The notes: generated by a model not told the origin, from the letters alone. Counted from the whole stretch's first letter, positions 37,550 to 50,280 are shown. The stretch is 60,540 nucleotides of DNA, filler included, from Nemertoderma westbladi (GCA_032718475.1; 3 parts of 3 records of this genome joined end to end with filler, not necessarily neighbours in it); one strand, 5' to 3'. A program made the numbers and translations.

Positions 37550-37649
37550 NNNNNNNNNNNNNNNNNNNNNNNNNNNNNNNNNNNNNNNNNNNNTTAATTA
37601 ATTAANNNNNNNNNNNNNNNNNNNNNNNNNNNNNNNNNNNNNNNNNNNN
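37550..37649. other. Assembly gap / artificial contig linker
   Basis: 44 N + TTAATTAATTAA + 44 N. Confidence 0.97.
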
Positions 37650-38856
37650 TGGGGGGCTCTCCTCGCACCTGAAACATTGGAACTAAATTCGTTTCCATTG
37701 GAACTAAATTCGTTTCCATTGGAACTAAATTCGCATGAGGCTTAAATTGGAACTAAGTACGGGGAATCAGCTTAGGGTCCGCTATTCTATGGCCTTCCCG
37801 GTATACAATAGATAGGAAATGCAATAGGACTAGGAAAGTAGTAGCGCCCTCTCACGGCTGGTCTATTTATATCGTCGTCCTTCGCCCAAAGTTTCTACAG
37901 ACTCCGCTAGTTGTTATTCAAATTAAAGCTTTGTGGATTGGGCACAGAAAAAAAAATATTGTTAAGTATTAATTATTCATTATACATATTCATTATGTAT
38001 TAGTTTTCTAGTTTCTAATTATCTCAACGCCGTTAGTATTAACAGCGAGTTGTTATTTAGCACTTTACAATTTTAGAGGACATTGCAGTATTGTATTGTC
38101 TGTACATTTAGTATTGTATTGAGTTAAGTAATGTCCCATTAGCGGACATTACAACACGCTGTTATGGTTTCCACATAAACAATAGGTTGTATTTTCTATT
38201 AATGGCCTGACAGCCAGATAAGCCTACTGCATTACCTACCGGTAGGCGGGGTATAGCTAAATAACCAGTATCTATAAACTATTAACATGGCTCCAAACGC
38301 CACCATAAATATAAGTGAATTTATTTATAACATAATTTATTTCATTTTTACATTTATTTATACATCAACTAACTTAACTTTGTGCAGTTTCTATCACTTA
38401 TAATGTATGTACAATCATTTCGTAATGTTAAAATTTAGGAATATAACTACATACACACTTGTTGAAATAACTATTTACATACTTGTTGCAAAGTACTTTA
38501 CAGTGTTCTGATCCTCGTGTCTTTATTTCCACTCACTCACTCACTAACGTTCGTTCGTGTAACAAAGCCACTCGGATCATCACACTGTAAAGTGCGACTT
38601 TACACACAAGTATGTAAATATGTAGTTATTATTAGTATAAATATTACAGTAGTCAAAATGGGCGAATATATTTATATTCGATCTTTGGAGTAGATACATT
38701 ATTAGAAGATGATGAAAGTATTTTTTATCCGCCGGCATAATCGACACCTACAGAATGTAAATAAAATGTATTATTGAGTAGTAGGCCTACATAGTTCATG
38801 AGAATCGTATATTTAGGGAGGGTATATATTTTATATAAAACCTCAAAAGCTATGAT

Positions 38857-39126
38857 TTAGTTTCTGCAGCAACAGCAACATATCAGTACCAAGATACCAA
38901 TAACAATGACGAGGGCAACACCGCTAGCTATGCAGATGAAAGCGACGGCACTGAGGTTTAGAATGCGTCCCAAGTTGTAGAACCAATCCCAGATGTGGCC
39001 GCTGATGGGGCAGCAGAACGGTTGCTCTTTGTAGAAACAGCAGAAACTTTCGTCAGTGGAGACTGTACAGTCGGAATCCAAGTTGCAGCTTCCGGACACG
39101 GCGTTGGTGATATCGTTAACAATATC
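38857..39126 (-). CDS. Shisa-like Cys-rich single-pass membrane protein, last coding exon
   Basis: tttcag acceptor; C-x5-C-x8-CC-x7-CC domain, hydrophobic TM helix, juxtamembrane CCCC, then stop. Confidence 0.75.
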   Translation of the reverse strand, partial: DIVNDITNAVSGSCNLDSDCTVSTDESFCCFYKEQPFCCPISGHIWDWFYNLGRILNLSAVAFICIASGVALVIVIGILVLICCCCCRN

Positions 39127-39231
39127 CTGAAAGATAATGGTAATTTATTTTGTACCAAATTTAACATAATTAAATTAAATAAATAAATGTAAATTTTTTA
39201 ACATAACGCCGTTTTTATTCCAATAGGGTTG

Positions 39232-39325
39232 TCACGCTGAACATTAGAACTCAAGTGAGTGTTCACGCTGAACATTAGAACTCAAGTGAGTGTTCACGCT
39301 GAACATTAGAACTCAAGTGAGTGTT
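39232..39325 (+). repeat. 31-bp tandem repeat, 3 copies
   Basis: tcacgctgaacattagaactcaagtgagtgt x3. Confidence 0.9.
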
Positions 39326-39495
39326 GTTATCGAAGTGCAGCAAATCATGATACAGTAGCGAAATAATGTGACACGAGAACAAAGTTCACATTGTGTTGCA
39401 ACAAACTTTGCTACTATTGGAACAAAGTTCGTATCTAAAATGTATTGAAACTATAAGTTAGCGCATATTGGAACTATGAAAGAATCTATTGCAAC

Positions 39496-40586
39496 TACTA
39501 CTAGGATCGACATGCTGCATTGCAGCTGCATTTTTAAGAATGCTGTGCCGGCTTATCGACAAAATTTCACCGCCACAACTCCCTATCACCCATGACATTT
39601 GCTAGATCATCCGCATCTTCAAGGCCAGTGTCCTTTAAGATGCGTCTCAAGAAAGTCGTGGGCTGTCCACCATGCGTATTCACTCCATGAGGCTGCCAAA
39701 GTACAAGATTATGCACTGGCTGGTCCTCATGGCGAAAGCAATGTCCTGCAAATCGGAGGCGATTTTGTTCTAGTGTCAAGCTTGGGGGAACCAATGAGAC
39801 ACCTCCAATGTTATATAGTGTCTGGTTGGAGATGTGTGCATTGGACTTGACACAATGAACCCGGCGTAGCATTCTTGTGAATGTGCCATCCAGAGATTTG
39901 GTGTCCTCAGCAGTTAGAGCCCATCATGGACTCCCATAGAGGAGTACTGGAACTACTGCTGCTCTAAATAACCGGACCTTAAGTTTCCGATTAATTCTCG
40001 GTGACTTCCAAATCCTGGAAAGCCTATTCAAGGCTGCCCATGCCTTTCCCTTACGTATTCGAAGGTCCTCACCTGACTTCCAGATTCATGATCCCAGGTA
40101 GCAGAAGTCATCCACATGCTCAAGCATACCATCTTTTGAGCTTATGCTCATCCTATCAGAGACTTGCTGACGACTTTCAAAGTTAACTGTCAAAATTTTG
40201 GTCTTTCTGGAGTTAATAAAAAGACCAACACTAGAAGCAGCATGTTCTAATGAGTTGGTGAGCCGTTGGGCTCCTTCTAGTGATTCTGAGAGTACTCCTA
40301 AGTCATCAGCAAAGTCTAGATCAGTTAGGTACTTGGCAGGATTTCCTCGACTTCTGGAGCCAGTAGGTGGAGTTATCATCACCCCATCATCATTATGATG
40401 ATCTAAGGACATCCGTAGAACATAGTCAACAACAATTATGAGCAAGAATGGTGCAAGTGTGTCTCCCTGGAGGACGCCCCATAACACTTCAAATGGTTCT
40501 GTGTCACCGTCAACAGTAGACACAAATGTTTTCGAACCATCGTATACTGATCTGATTGCTGCAATAATTTCATCAGGAATCCCATA
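39496..40586 (-). mobile_element. 5'-truncated RTE/Proto2-like LINE with ~30-bp target-site duplication, intronic
   Basis: RT motifs GVLQGDTLAP and DFADDL through RLRFAGHCFR and a (TAG)n tail. Flanked by catattggaactatgaaag(a/c)atctattgcaac at 39464-39495 and 40583-40614. Confidence 0.93.
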
Positions 40587-40741
40587 TTGGAACTATGAAA
40601 GCATCTATTGCAACACTACTGCTCGTACAGTAGTTACAATTTTGTCGATTTAACAAACGTTTGCGTTACCAATAAAACAAGCAATCGAACACCTCTATAA
40701 TAATAATAAATAATGATCTCACATATTAAGTAATTTCTTAC

Positions 40742-40903
40742 CATCTCGCAGCAGTAGTTAATCAACCCAGTACAACATGTGGTCTCTTCAATCCCGTCAT
40801 TAAATCCCGGGCAGTCTTGCTCATTGTTACACATCCACGCAGATGTCGTTGGTATGGTAACCAACATTAAACCCGCCACGAGCAACATTAAATAATAATA
40901 CAT
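40742..40903 (-). CDS. Shisa-like Cys-rich membrane protein, first coding exon (signal peptide + Cys domain 1)
   Basis: gccATG, signal-like MYYYLMLLVAGLMLVTIPTTSA, then C..C..CC..CC. The phase-0 gtaaga donor matches the exon at 39126. Confidence 0.72.
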
Positions 40904-42139
40904 GGCGATGTAACTACTGTAGTGTGGCAGTCCTGTAGTTTTATAAATAAAATGAGTCACAAAACATTAATTCCTTTCTAAATTTATTCAAATATATCAC
41001 TTTTATAATAATACTGTAGATAATCACTGAGGAATATAAGATTTTGGGTTAACTTACAGTGGTATCATTTTGTAACTTCTGCAGTAGTGTGCATCATATA
41101 CTGCATGTGTGAGAAGAGTACGTTCCACTATGTTTTGTACCAGGATTACACCAACCGTTCTAATAGTGATTAACATAATAACATTTAGAATAAATTAAAT
41201 TACCATAAAAAAATAATACACAAAGTAAGATCTCTGCCAAAATGGCTCTTTGATGTATATATTATAAAATATTTTGGTTATTTGAATTTCAAATGCTTTT
41301 CTGAGAGTTTACAATAATATGCAATAATATATTTGGTATTAATATGCCTACTGTTTACCTACTGTTGTACAGAACGATATGAATCTCCGATTTAGTTTTA
41401 ATTAGACCATTACGTTACACAATGTTAGTCATCACATTAACATGCGCAACAAGTAACTTTATATATTAAAAACTAATAATTATTGGGATTATTATTCGGT
41501 GCCAACAAAACATAATCGTTTGCTTACCGCAGTAGTGCTACTACAGTAGTCTGTAGTTAATTATTATTAGTTTCCGTTTGAATTTAGATGTAACCTAGAA
41601 TTTAGATGGGAACTCTCCTGCCTTAGAAATTGTGGATGGGGGTTTACAACCAAGTAACCTTCATATATCAAAGTCATATAGGCCTAGTATTACCACCAGG
41701 TTACTCGGTTACATACAATATTGAATTGGTAATAACTTTCTTATTACCAGGACATAGATATTTTACGAGTTATTTATTTACGTAGTAAAAATAACCTAAT
41801 AAAAGCTGGTTATACCAATTCAATATTTCGTTATTATTATTACACCGTAGCTAATTAATGAATAAGACTGCGACACAACACTAAAAATGTTTGCACAATG
41901 ACAGTAAGCCTTAGTTATGGTAAGCCGGTAACTTATCGAGCAGCATAATTTTATTCTTTGGAGCGCAGCGTTCAGTTGCGAAAAAAAGCGTGACTGGTGG
42001 ACTTTGTGTTTAACTTTGAAATACGAATAGGCGAATTCTCTTAATTTTACGCAGGTGATAATAGGATGCTTGGCTGTTTTATAGGTTACATATAATATTT
42101 TATCGACTATTTTATAACCTCGGTAAATATGTTATCTCG

Positions 42140-42537
42140 AGCACGTTAGGGGTATAATTAGTGGACCCGTCTGTCGTCGTCGTCTGTCGTCGTCGTGGTT
42201 GTCGTAAATTTATGAATGTTAATAAGTCGGTCAATCATTCATGAAATAGCACCAAACTTGGTACACATGTAGTCTAACATAAGATTGTACAGGAAGACAG
42301 ACTTCTGTAGTTCATTTGTCTGCCGCTAGGGGGCGAATTGACAGAAACGTACAAGAAGCTTGTAATTATAGAACCAACCATCAGATTCATCTGAAATTTG
42401 GTATGAGTGAAATACGGGCATTGTTAAAATTCTGCTCACAGACAGACTTTTACAGTTTCTCTGTCTGCCGCCAGGGGGCGAATGACTACTGAATGTACCT
42501 TTATGCAAAGGCTGCGCGAAGTCCCCACGTACGTGTT
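42140..42537 (-). mobile_element. Short relative of the DINE/Helentron-like family
   Basis: (gtc)n microsatellite, accaaacttggtacacatgt core and terminus gctgcgcgaagtccccacgtacgtgt. Confidence 0.55.
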
Positions 42538-42644
42538 TTACTGTATTATTTCAACGACATTATTAAATTGTTCTATTAATACAAATTAATGTTTCTTGGT
42601 TAGGTTCCCTGTTAGACGGTTAGACAATCATTGTGTTTTAAAAA

Positions 42645-43150
42645 GTTCCTCTAGCTGACTGTGCAAGGATTCCAAAAAATGAAAAATATTTGAATTTGGT
42701 AGGGAAATAGCTGAGATATGGGCATTCGAATTTTGCATGTATTTTAGCTTCCGCTGCAGGCCATTTATTCTATTTAATAAATACACAATGTTCTAGAACA
42801 ATTTGATTACGTATGAATATCCATATACTAGTATTATCATGTAGGCATTGTATTGTTGCCAATCTACTTATGAGATAAACAAAATGTTCCAGAATGTTAT
42901 GCATTTATTTAATAGAATAAATGGCCTGCATAGGAAGCAAATACATGCAACATTCGAATATATCTCAGCTATTTCCCAACCAAATTAAAATATTTTACAT
43001 ATTTGGAATGCTACATCAGTAGCACAGCGAGCTTTACATGAGTACCAAATCACTATAAGGTTGAAGAATAACACGGTGTAACTGGTGCAATATCGATGGA
43101 GACACGTTTTTTAACGCTTGTAGCTAAAGAATGAAAGCGAAAATAAATAT
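42645..43150. mobile_element. Second copy of the long-inverted-repeat element seen at 1-1091
   Basis: 42705-42960 matches 179-446 directly; 43050-43150 is the reverse complement of 1-110. Confidence 0.75.
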
Positions 43151-43235
43151 TCTGACTCACCCAGCAAGGAGGAGGGAGGTGAAACTAACTATTTCAGTTT
43201 CAAATTTCATGCAATCTCATTAAGATTTGTAATTT

Positions 43236-43266
<31 letters not shown>

Positions 43267-43887
43267 GTGTACCGGAATAACGACAATATATTCAAGGACA
43301 TGGTGTAACTGTGTCGTAAGTTTAGATTATCTTCCGCTGCTTTTCCCTTTTTCCTTATCGTAGTCATCCGTCATTTGGAAATATACAGATTCAATAGGTA
43401 TTTTTCAATGATTCTGATTGACATACAGTAGGTTATACGAAGAGTAACTTTATATTAAATACAATTATCATTAAACATTATTACTGAGATTATCATTCTG
43501 TGCCAAAAAAACAAATATCTCAACTTACCGAAATGCTATTGTAGTAGTCATTCTCAGTTACTAATTCTTAGTTTCCGTTTGAATGGGGATGTTTTTTGGA
43601 AGAGGTGGACGGATTTTACATCATGTTCAAAGTTACTGGTATCTGAGAGGTAAATTACCCAACGCATTCGCGGGTATACTATACATTGGATGTATTAGTC
43701 AACCGGTACTGAAAAGGTAAAAAAAGTACCATTTCATAATCATGCGTTCATTTCCCGTGGGCCACCTATTTATATTCAGTTTGGCCATTATCATCTCATA
43801 AACGCGAACTGTCTAATTAATATACAATTATTTCTACTTTTTTCAACATTCATTTTGCAATCGCATTACTAATTGTTAATATTCATT

Positions 43888-44329
43888 ATGGGATATGAAA
43901 AAGGGAGATTTCATTATACAGTTGATGATAAATTTATCTGTCTTCAATGCAAAGGGGTTCTCAAATCTCCTCTGACGACTCCGTGGACACAGATTCTGCA
44001 AGAGGTGTATCACCAACTGGTTGAATAAGTATAGTTGGTGTCGTGGGGGAACGCGCGTGTCCCCGTGTAGACAGCCCTTGAACAAGGAAAAACTGGTTCC
44101 TCTCCCCATTCCCCATTTCTCCTCATTTGCGTTTCAGCTATCCCAACTTGAAATCTGTTGCGATTATAAAGAAAAAGGTTGCAGCCTGTATATTACCTTG
44201 GATGAATTAGAAACACACAGAGACCAGTGCGACTTTCGCCCTGTCATTTGTGAGTACTGCTATTGGGAGGGCGATCGAGGTGAATTGCTCAAGCACTACT
44301 GCGAACCCGAAGTACTCTATTGGTACTAA
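43888..44329 (+). pseudogene. Intronless RING + TRAF-type zinc-finger E3 ligase (RNF41/RNF151/PDZRN3-like N-terminus), frameshifted
   Basis: MGYEKGRFHYTVDDKFICLQCKGVLKSPLTTP, a frameshift near 43984, then GHRFCKRCITNWL...CDYKEKGC...LETHRDQCDFRPVICEYC. Confidence 0.75.
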
Positions 44330-46140
44330 GAAGAACATAAAATTCTTAACAGTTAACAAAACAATAAGTGTGTTTGAACTATATATGCTGAACTATATGA
44401 ACTATAATATGTTGAACTCTATATACTTATAAAATATACGGATCATTTATCCAGAGAATTTGTAACGATTCAATTATGTTATTTTATTCATTTTGATATA
44501 TTGAACTCATCTTCATACTAATAATGGTTTAATAAATTTAAATGATTAAAATATATTTACTTCAAGACAGTTCGCACTTTATAAGAATACAGTAGCGATG
44601 AATTTAATAGAATCGAGAACTGAAGTCTTAACACAAGTGTTAGCCAGTAGTAGGCCATATATAATTTTATTCCAAAATAGAATATTTAAAAAAAAACGCT
44701 CTATTTCGGAAAAATGATATATTAAAATTAATTTTTACTTAATCGGTTATATTAGATAATTGTAGCGTCAGTTCCTTTTCCGCTAGGTTACCTTCAAATG
44801 AAGAACGCTTGAATATACTGGTTTTATTTATATCCCCTTTTTTCCCTCCCAGTCTCGATTCGCTCAACTATCTGCTTATTTCCTGACGACAAACGATCAC
44901 TTATGTAATTCACTTATGTAAACAATCCCGCAAGAATGTGGCGGCACAATTAATTAAGATAAACGACTGACTGATTATTTACGTAAGGGCTTAGTTTGGA
45001 ATTGTGTTTCACTTTAGGGGAAACGTATTTTTACTTTATAATATTCAATCTATGACAACACTCAATCATGATACTATTAATATTAAAAGCTTCACTTGAA
45101 GTATTAGTTAGAAATATCACCATACGGTAATTATTTGATGTGTTAGGGTGTAAGCCGGCACACACGGGTCTAAACACGATTGTCCTGATTCTCAATAATG
45201 TTCAATTATAGAGACCTACCTGGATTCGGTGTCAATAAAGAGTGTTTCAGTTAGACGTATCGGCGATATTATTAATACTAAATTCAGCAATAACGATATA
45301 ACGCAAACAATTGTAATTATCTTATAAGTGAATATTTAAGTATCATAAATTGGAATATTATATGAAATATTAAATGAACATTAGATATAACATTGATATT
45401 AGATATTGAATATTAAATATTGTAATAATTCCGATCAATTGAAACACCGTCCGGGTTTACATAAGACAATGGATTTGAAATAAATACAATCTAGAGTGCC
45501 CATCTTCCATCAAATTAAACTTTATATAGAAGCCGGATTGGAGCAACCAGATAGATACATACAGATACAATTTTAAATATAATTTATCTGTCACACAAAT
45601 GCCACCGAATAAGTTAGTTTTGTAAATTAATTAACGAACATAAAATATAGGTTTTAAATCTAAATTAAGCAAAATAAACTAAAGAAAAAAGTAAACTAAA
45701 ACCGCAAAGGTCCCCTTTGCAGCATCTCTGCCTTGCACCCTTAAATGGTAGCTAATTGAGTACTGGAGTTTCCTCTGGGATTATAGTTCTGGGGGGACCG
45801 CACTGGAAATAATCCGAGAATCCGTCAGACTGTGCATATGGTGTTATATACGGTACATACATGCATACATATGGTGTTGTTTTGGCCTACTTAGTACTCG
45901 CACAGGTACCAAAAATCAATATTATTATATACTGTTAACAAACTGTTTTGACATACCGGTACCGGTACTGACAGTCTGATTCTGACTCATACAATTGGCT
46001 ACGATCTAGTACAGTTTACTGATAGGCAGTAAAATGAAAGTAAGTGGTGGTTGACCTGTACTGGTTATACCGGGCCTACAGTTATTATGATGTTTTGTCC
46101 TTGGACGCTACTGGTTTCTCGAGACGGGGGGGGGGGGGGG

Positions 46141-46371
46141 GGGGGAACTGGACGCATATCCCATCTTGGCGAATTAATATCCCGCCTCAATGTTACATTC
46201 TCAATTTAGGGAAAGTAGCAGGTTACAGTGGAACGTTACCGGTATTGTAACCAAAACAATAAACTAAAGACAATACAACATGTTACAGTTTTATTTTTGA
46301 GAGTAAGCAGTTGTTATTTGCGTCGAATTTCCCCTGGAGAGGGATGAAATTCTATTGCGTCCAGTTTCCCC
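46141..46371. mobile_element. MITE with terminal inverted repeats
   Basis: ggggaactggacgca / tgcgtccagtttcccc; the left ~75 bp also occurs at ~20558-20632. Confidence 0.65.
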
Positions 46372-46735
46372 TCACAATAATGTTTGTTTAAATTTAAGCA
46401 CATGTCATTACATGAGTCTATCTTTTTTATTTTTCTTTGTATGAATTTAGTTTGAGAAAATTTTTCGTCAAAATATTATAAATTTTTTATGATCGAATCG
46501 GATTTCTCCTACTTTGTCAGAACTCCGGAATAAAGCTGTTTAGTGCCATTATCTGTGGCTAAGGGTGATGGACAATAAATAGTAAATATCAATATTGTGT
46601 TGCAAAAGCTGTTTGTAATCTTTATTGTATTATAAATTAGATTATATATTTTACAAATCTTCCAGTAAAAGTAAATTAATATTAAATGATTGTGGCAGTA
46701 ACATTTAATTTGAAGACATATTGGATCAGCCGTCT

Positions 46736-47833
46736 TTAGATTTCGCCCATTAAATTGTCATAATCGACGATGCTGTTGTTAACACCAACTCCCCTTCGAC
46801 AGGAATTCAATGGATGTTGATGACATTCATAAACAGTTTCAACCATTTCCTCCACTTTCTCCTGATGTAGACGCACTTCTCTAAGTAACTGGAATCAAAA
46901 GTTAATGTTTTTCTGGATATTAGAAATACTATTGTTATCCTAATATAATATTTAAATTGAATCAACAACATATTACTAGTAACCCTTTGATACCCGAAAC
47001 GAGTGAAATGCCCTCTGTGTAAATATAGGCTTCTACAATAATTTCACGTAAGCTAGGCTAGGCAATTTGGCAATCAACACAATCGTAACAAGAACATGAG
47101 TAATTAAAGATTTATTCATGTATTTCATAATTCCCTTTATAATTTATTATTGGTGTTATGGGTGACTCATCGATGGTTCTTGGTTAATATTTACTACCAT
47201 TTCATTGTAGCGAGTGGTTAAAGACGGCCAAGTACTGTAGGGTTGAGTACAGTGTCAGCATATGAAGGTATTAAAAGATGGGAGGTAAATTGAGGACATA
47301 CAAGGTATCAGATAGTATTTCCAGATCTATCTTTTACCTGAGCCGCTAGCTGAATGGTTAGAGCGTCAGACTTCCAACCCTGAGGTTACCAGTTCGATCC
47401 CACCTGGACGTCCAGATGGGATCGAACTGATCTTGAACTTTTTTGGGCACAGCTTTTGCAAAGTCAGTAAGACTTTGCAAAAGCTGTGCCCAAAAAAAAG
47501 TTATAACAATTCCCTTTCTAATTGATTAAGAAAGCAAAATGTCATTGAATTGATGTGAGGTCCCAATCAGGTTTATCATAACATTCAAAATCAAAATAAT
47601 TTGCAAGCATACACATTTTGATAATCGCCCCACGCACCCCACCCCTTCACCTTTACCTTTTGAATACTCAATGCATATAAATTATTCTCCTCAATAAGTA
47701 TTTTGTTGTGTTTCCGTAATTTTTGATTTTCTTCCGTTAGTTTTGCGGTTTTCTTTTCGTAGTCTTCCGTTGTGTAGAATTGTACAGATTCAATTGGTAT
47801 TTGCGAAGAGTGTGATAAACATTGTTTCTGCAA
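46736..47833 (-). CDS. Possible two-exon fragment of a small coiled-coil protein (exons ~47833-47657 and 46888-46736)
   Basis: YEKKTAKLTEENQKLRKHNKILIEEN, then AAG|gtaaag joined in phase to ttccag|LLREVRLHQEKVEEMVE. No recognisable family. Confidence 0.25.
47340..47402 (+). other. tRNA-derived sequence (SINE head or tRNA pseudogene)
   Basis: A-box tagctgaatggttag, loop cttccaa, B-box gttcgatcc; anticodon and acceptor stems are imperfect. Confidence 0.6.
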
Positions 47834-47951
47834 TGCAAATTAATAACTGGTGATCTGAGAGTCGGATGGTTTACTAAGGTGAATAACCTGTTTGGTGCAC
47901 ACTACTAGACAATAATATGTCTTTTTACCTAGAGTTTTGTGTTTTGTGAGA

Positions 47952-48550
47952 AGACCTTCGGGTACGTAAGGGGAAGGGACAGGCAACGATAAATAGTCTG
48001 TCCAGGATTTAGAAGTCCCATAGAATAAAACAGAACCTTAGGTTCGATTATTTACGGCAGTAGTTGTACCAGTACTCTTATAATATGGGAGTCCATGCTG
48101 GGCTGGGTTCTAACTGCAGAGGATACCAAATCTCTGGATGGCACTTTCACAAGAATACTGCTCCGGGTTCATTGTTGTCAAGTACAATGAACACATCTCC
48201 AATCAGACTCTATATAACATTGGCGGTGATCCATTAGTCTCCACTAGCTTGACACTTCAACGGGACCGCCTCCGCTTTGCAAGACATTGCTTTCGCCGTG
48301 AGAACCACCCAGTGCATCATCTTGTGCTTTGGCGGCCTCATGGAGTGAGTAAATATGGTGGACTGCCCATGATTTTCTTGAGACGCATCTTAAAGGACAC
48401 TGGCCTAGAAGATGCGGATGATCTAGCAAATGTCATGCGTGATAGGGAGTTGTGGCGGCGCAATTTTGTCGACAAGCCGGCATAGCTTATATATGTATTA
48501 TATATATATAATGCAGCTGCAATGCAACATGCCGATCGTAATAGTAGTAA
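47952..48550 (+). mobile_element. Older 3' fragment of the RTE/Proto2-like LINE
   Basis: RLRFARHCFR...DTGLEDADDLANVMRDRELWRR followed by a tagtag tail. Confidence 0.88.
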
Positions 48551-49496
48551 TAGTTTTGTATTTGTTACCGTTGAAAATTGTATAGAAAGTGCCTATTACT
48601 GACTAACTTAACTATAGCAATTTCAAATGCACATCAACCTAAACCTACAGTGATCATGACATAAAATTCACTACCCACCTAATAATTGAGGCTTTGTACA
48701 ATCTCTCTAGTGGTCGACGACATATGAAATTTGCTATTTGCTCAAAAAGTGTTGATTGTCTGTCTATGTAGAGTTGTCTGCCTGTGCGTGATCTTATTCT
48801 ACGGTAGCTATTGGCATTACTAAAACGTCTTCTAAAAGACGTTGGTCTTGATAACAGGTTGCGTTTTGGGGCAAGCTGAAGTTCTGGTCAATTTATGTAA
48901 GTAATAATAACCCAACCTTAACACAACAATAATAACCCAACCCTTAAGGCAAAGATATTCTTACACCAAACAAACGCATTACATATTCCATCGCTGTGGT
49001 AACTATAACCCAATACTATCAAAATTCCAAACCAAACTAAAACATTTGTTGTTTCACAATAAGACCATGATCTACTAACACCACAGGGATACTTTAACAG
49101 GCTCAAGGATTAGATGGGTTATCATGATATTTGTCAAATATTAAAAAAAAAAAAAAAATATATATATATAATATTAGATTTCTGTAGTTGGTCAGCTTTC
49201 TCTACTTAATTAATTAATTCATAAATATCCATAATATATTTTGATTGAGCAAGGTAGCATCACCATGTTGCAACTCTACTTATGAAATGGCAGATGATGA
49301 TAGTTATTTGATAATAATGTATCATAATGTTGTACAAATTATTCCAACCTGTGATGTCTTGTACAGATTTAATAAATCTTTCTCGAGTGTGAATAACTTC
49401 TCATTTATGCATTCCATACGGTGTTTGGATCTATTTGTTTTTCCATTAAAGTACTGATCATATGACATTTTATTTTAAAGAAGACGTTTTAATTAA

Positions 49497-49886
49497 GGGC
49501 ACTTGTCAAGCAAAAGGGTCCCATAATTAGGGTCCCTTTATTAGTATTTTTAAATGTTTTTTTGGTATTTTGATATTTTTTATGGTAGCTAGTGTTTTTT
49601 TAAACTATTGGTTATCCTGTTGTAGTTTAAACCTGAAATATCAATGTTTTCACATTTTTTTATAATTTCAATATATACTAGCTAGTAAAAAAACACTAGC
49701 TACCATAAAAAATCATATCTACTAATTTTCGGTATTGTGTGGGTGTACGCATACTGGACCAGTACCCTAATTTTCTAGAATATTCACCAATACCAAAAAA
49801 ACATTGAAAAACACTAATAAAGGGCTGGTGAAATAGGGGGCCTATGGAGATCATTTGTTTTGGGACCCTTTTGCTTGACAAGTGCC
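49497..49886. mobile_element. MITE (possibly PIF/Harbinger-type)
   Basis: 26-bp TIRs ggcacttgtcaagcaaaagggtccca / tgggacccttttgcttgacaagtgcc, further internal inverted blocks and TAA-containing flanks. Confidence 0.8.
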
Positions 49887-50280
49887 TAATTAAGTACCAT
49901 TTCAATAGTTTATTTATTTATCTATCAAATACAACTCCCAACAACTCAAAAACTAATTACAACTCAAATAAATATTATTTGATACATTAATAAGAAAGAT
50001 TACAGAGGGATGAAAGTAAACAATATTTAAAAAATCGTTGTATTATTAAAACAGGAGATGTTAATTCGGCCTATTTTCTATTTTATTGTAATCTATTTTG
50101 TGCACAATCATCTTACATATTTATTTTGTTGTTCTAGAATAACATTGCCATATCGCCATACCGCCATATCATATAAAGTTCAGTCAAATAAGCGGATTGA
50201 TTTAGGGTGCATTATTAGTTAGTTCCAGGCTCTTTGGAATTAATTGCACCTTGGTGTAACCGATCATCTGCGTGTGTGGC

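Noticed and set aside
47340-47412. Functional tRNA-Gly(TCC) gene
   Set aside because: The anticodon and acceptor stems pair poorly and the 3' end is replaced by a foldback.
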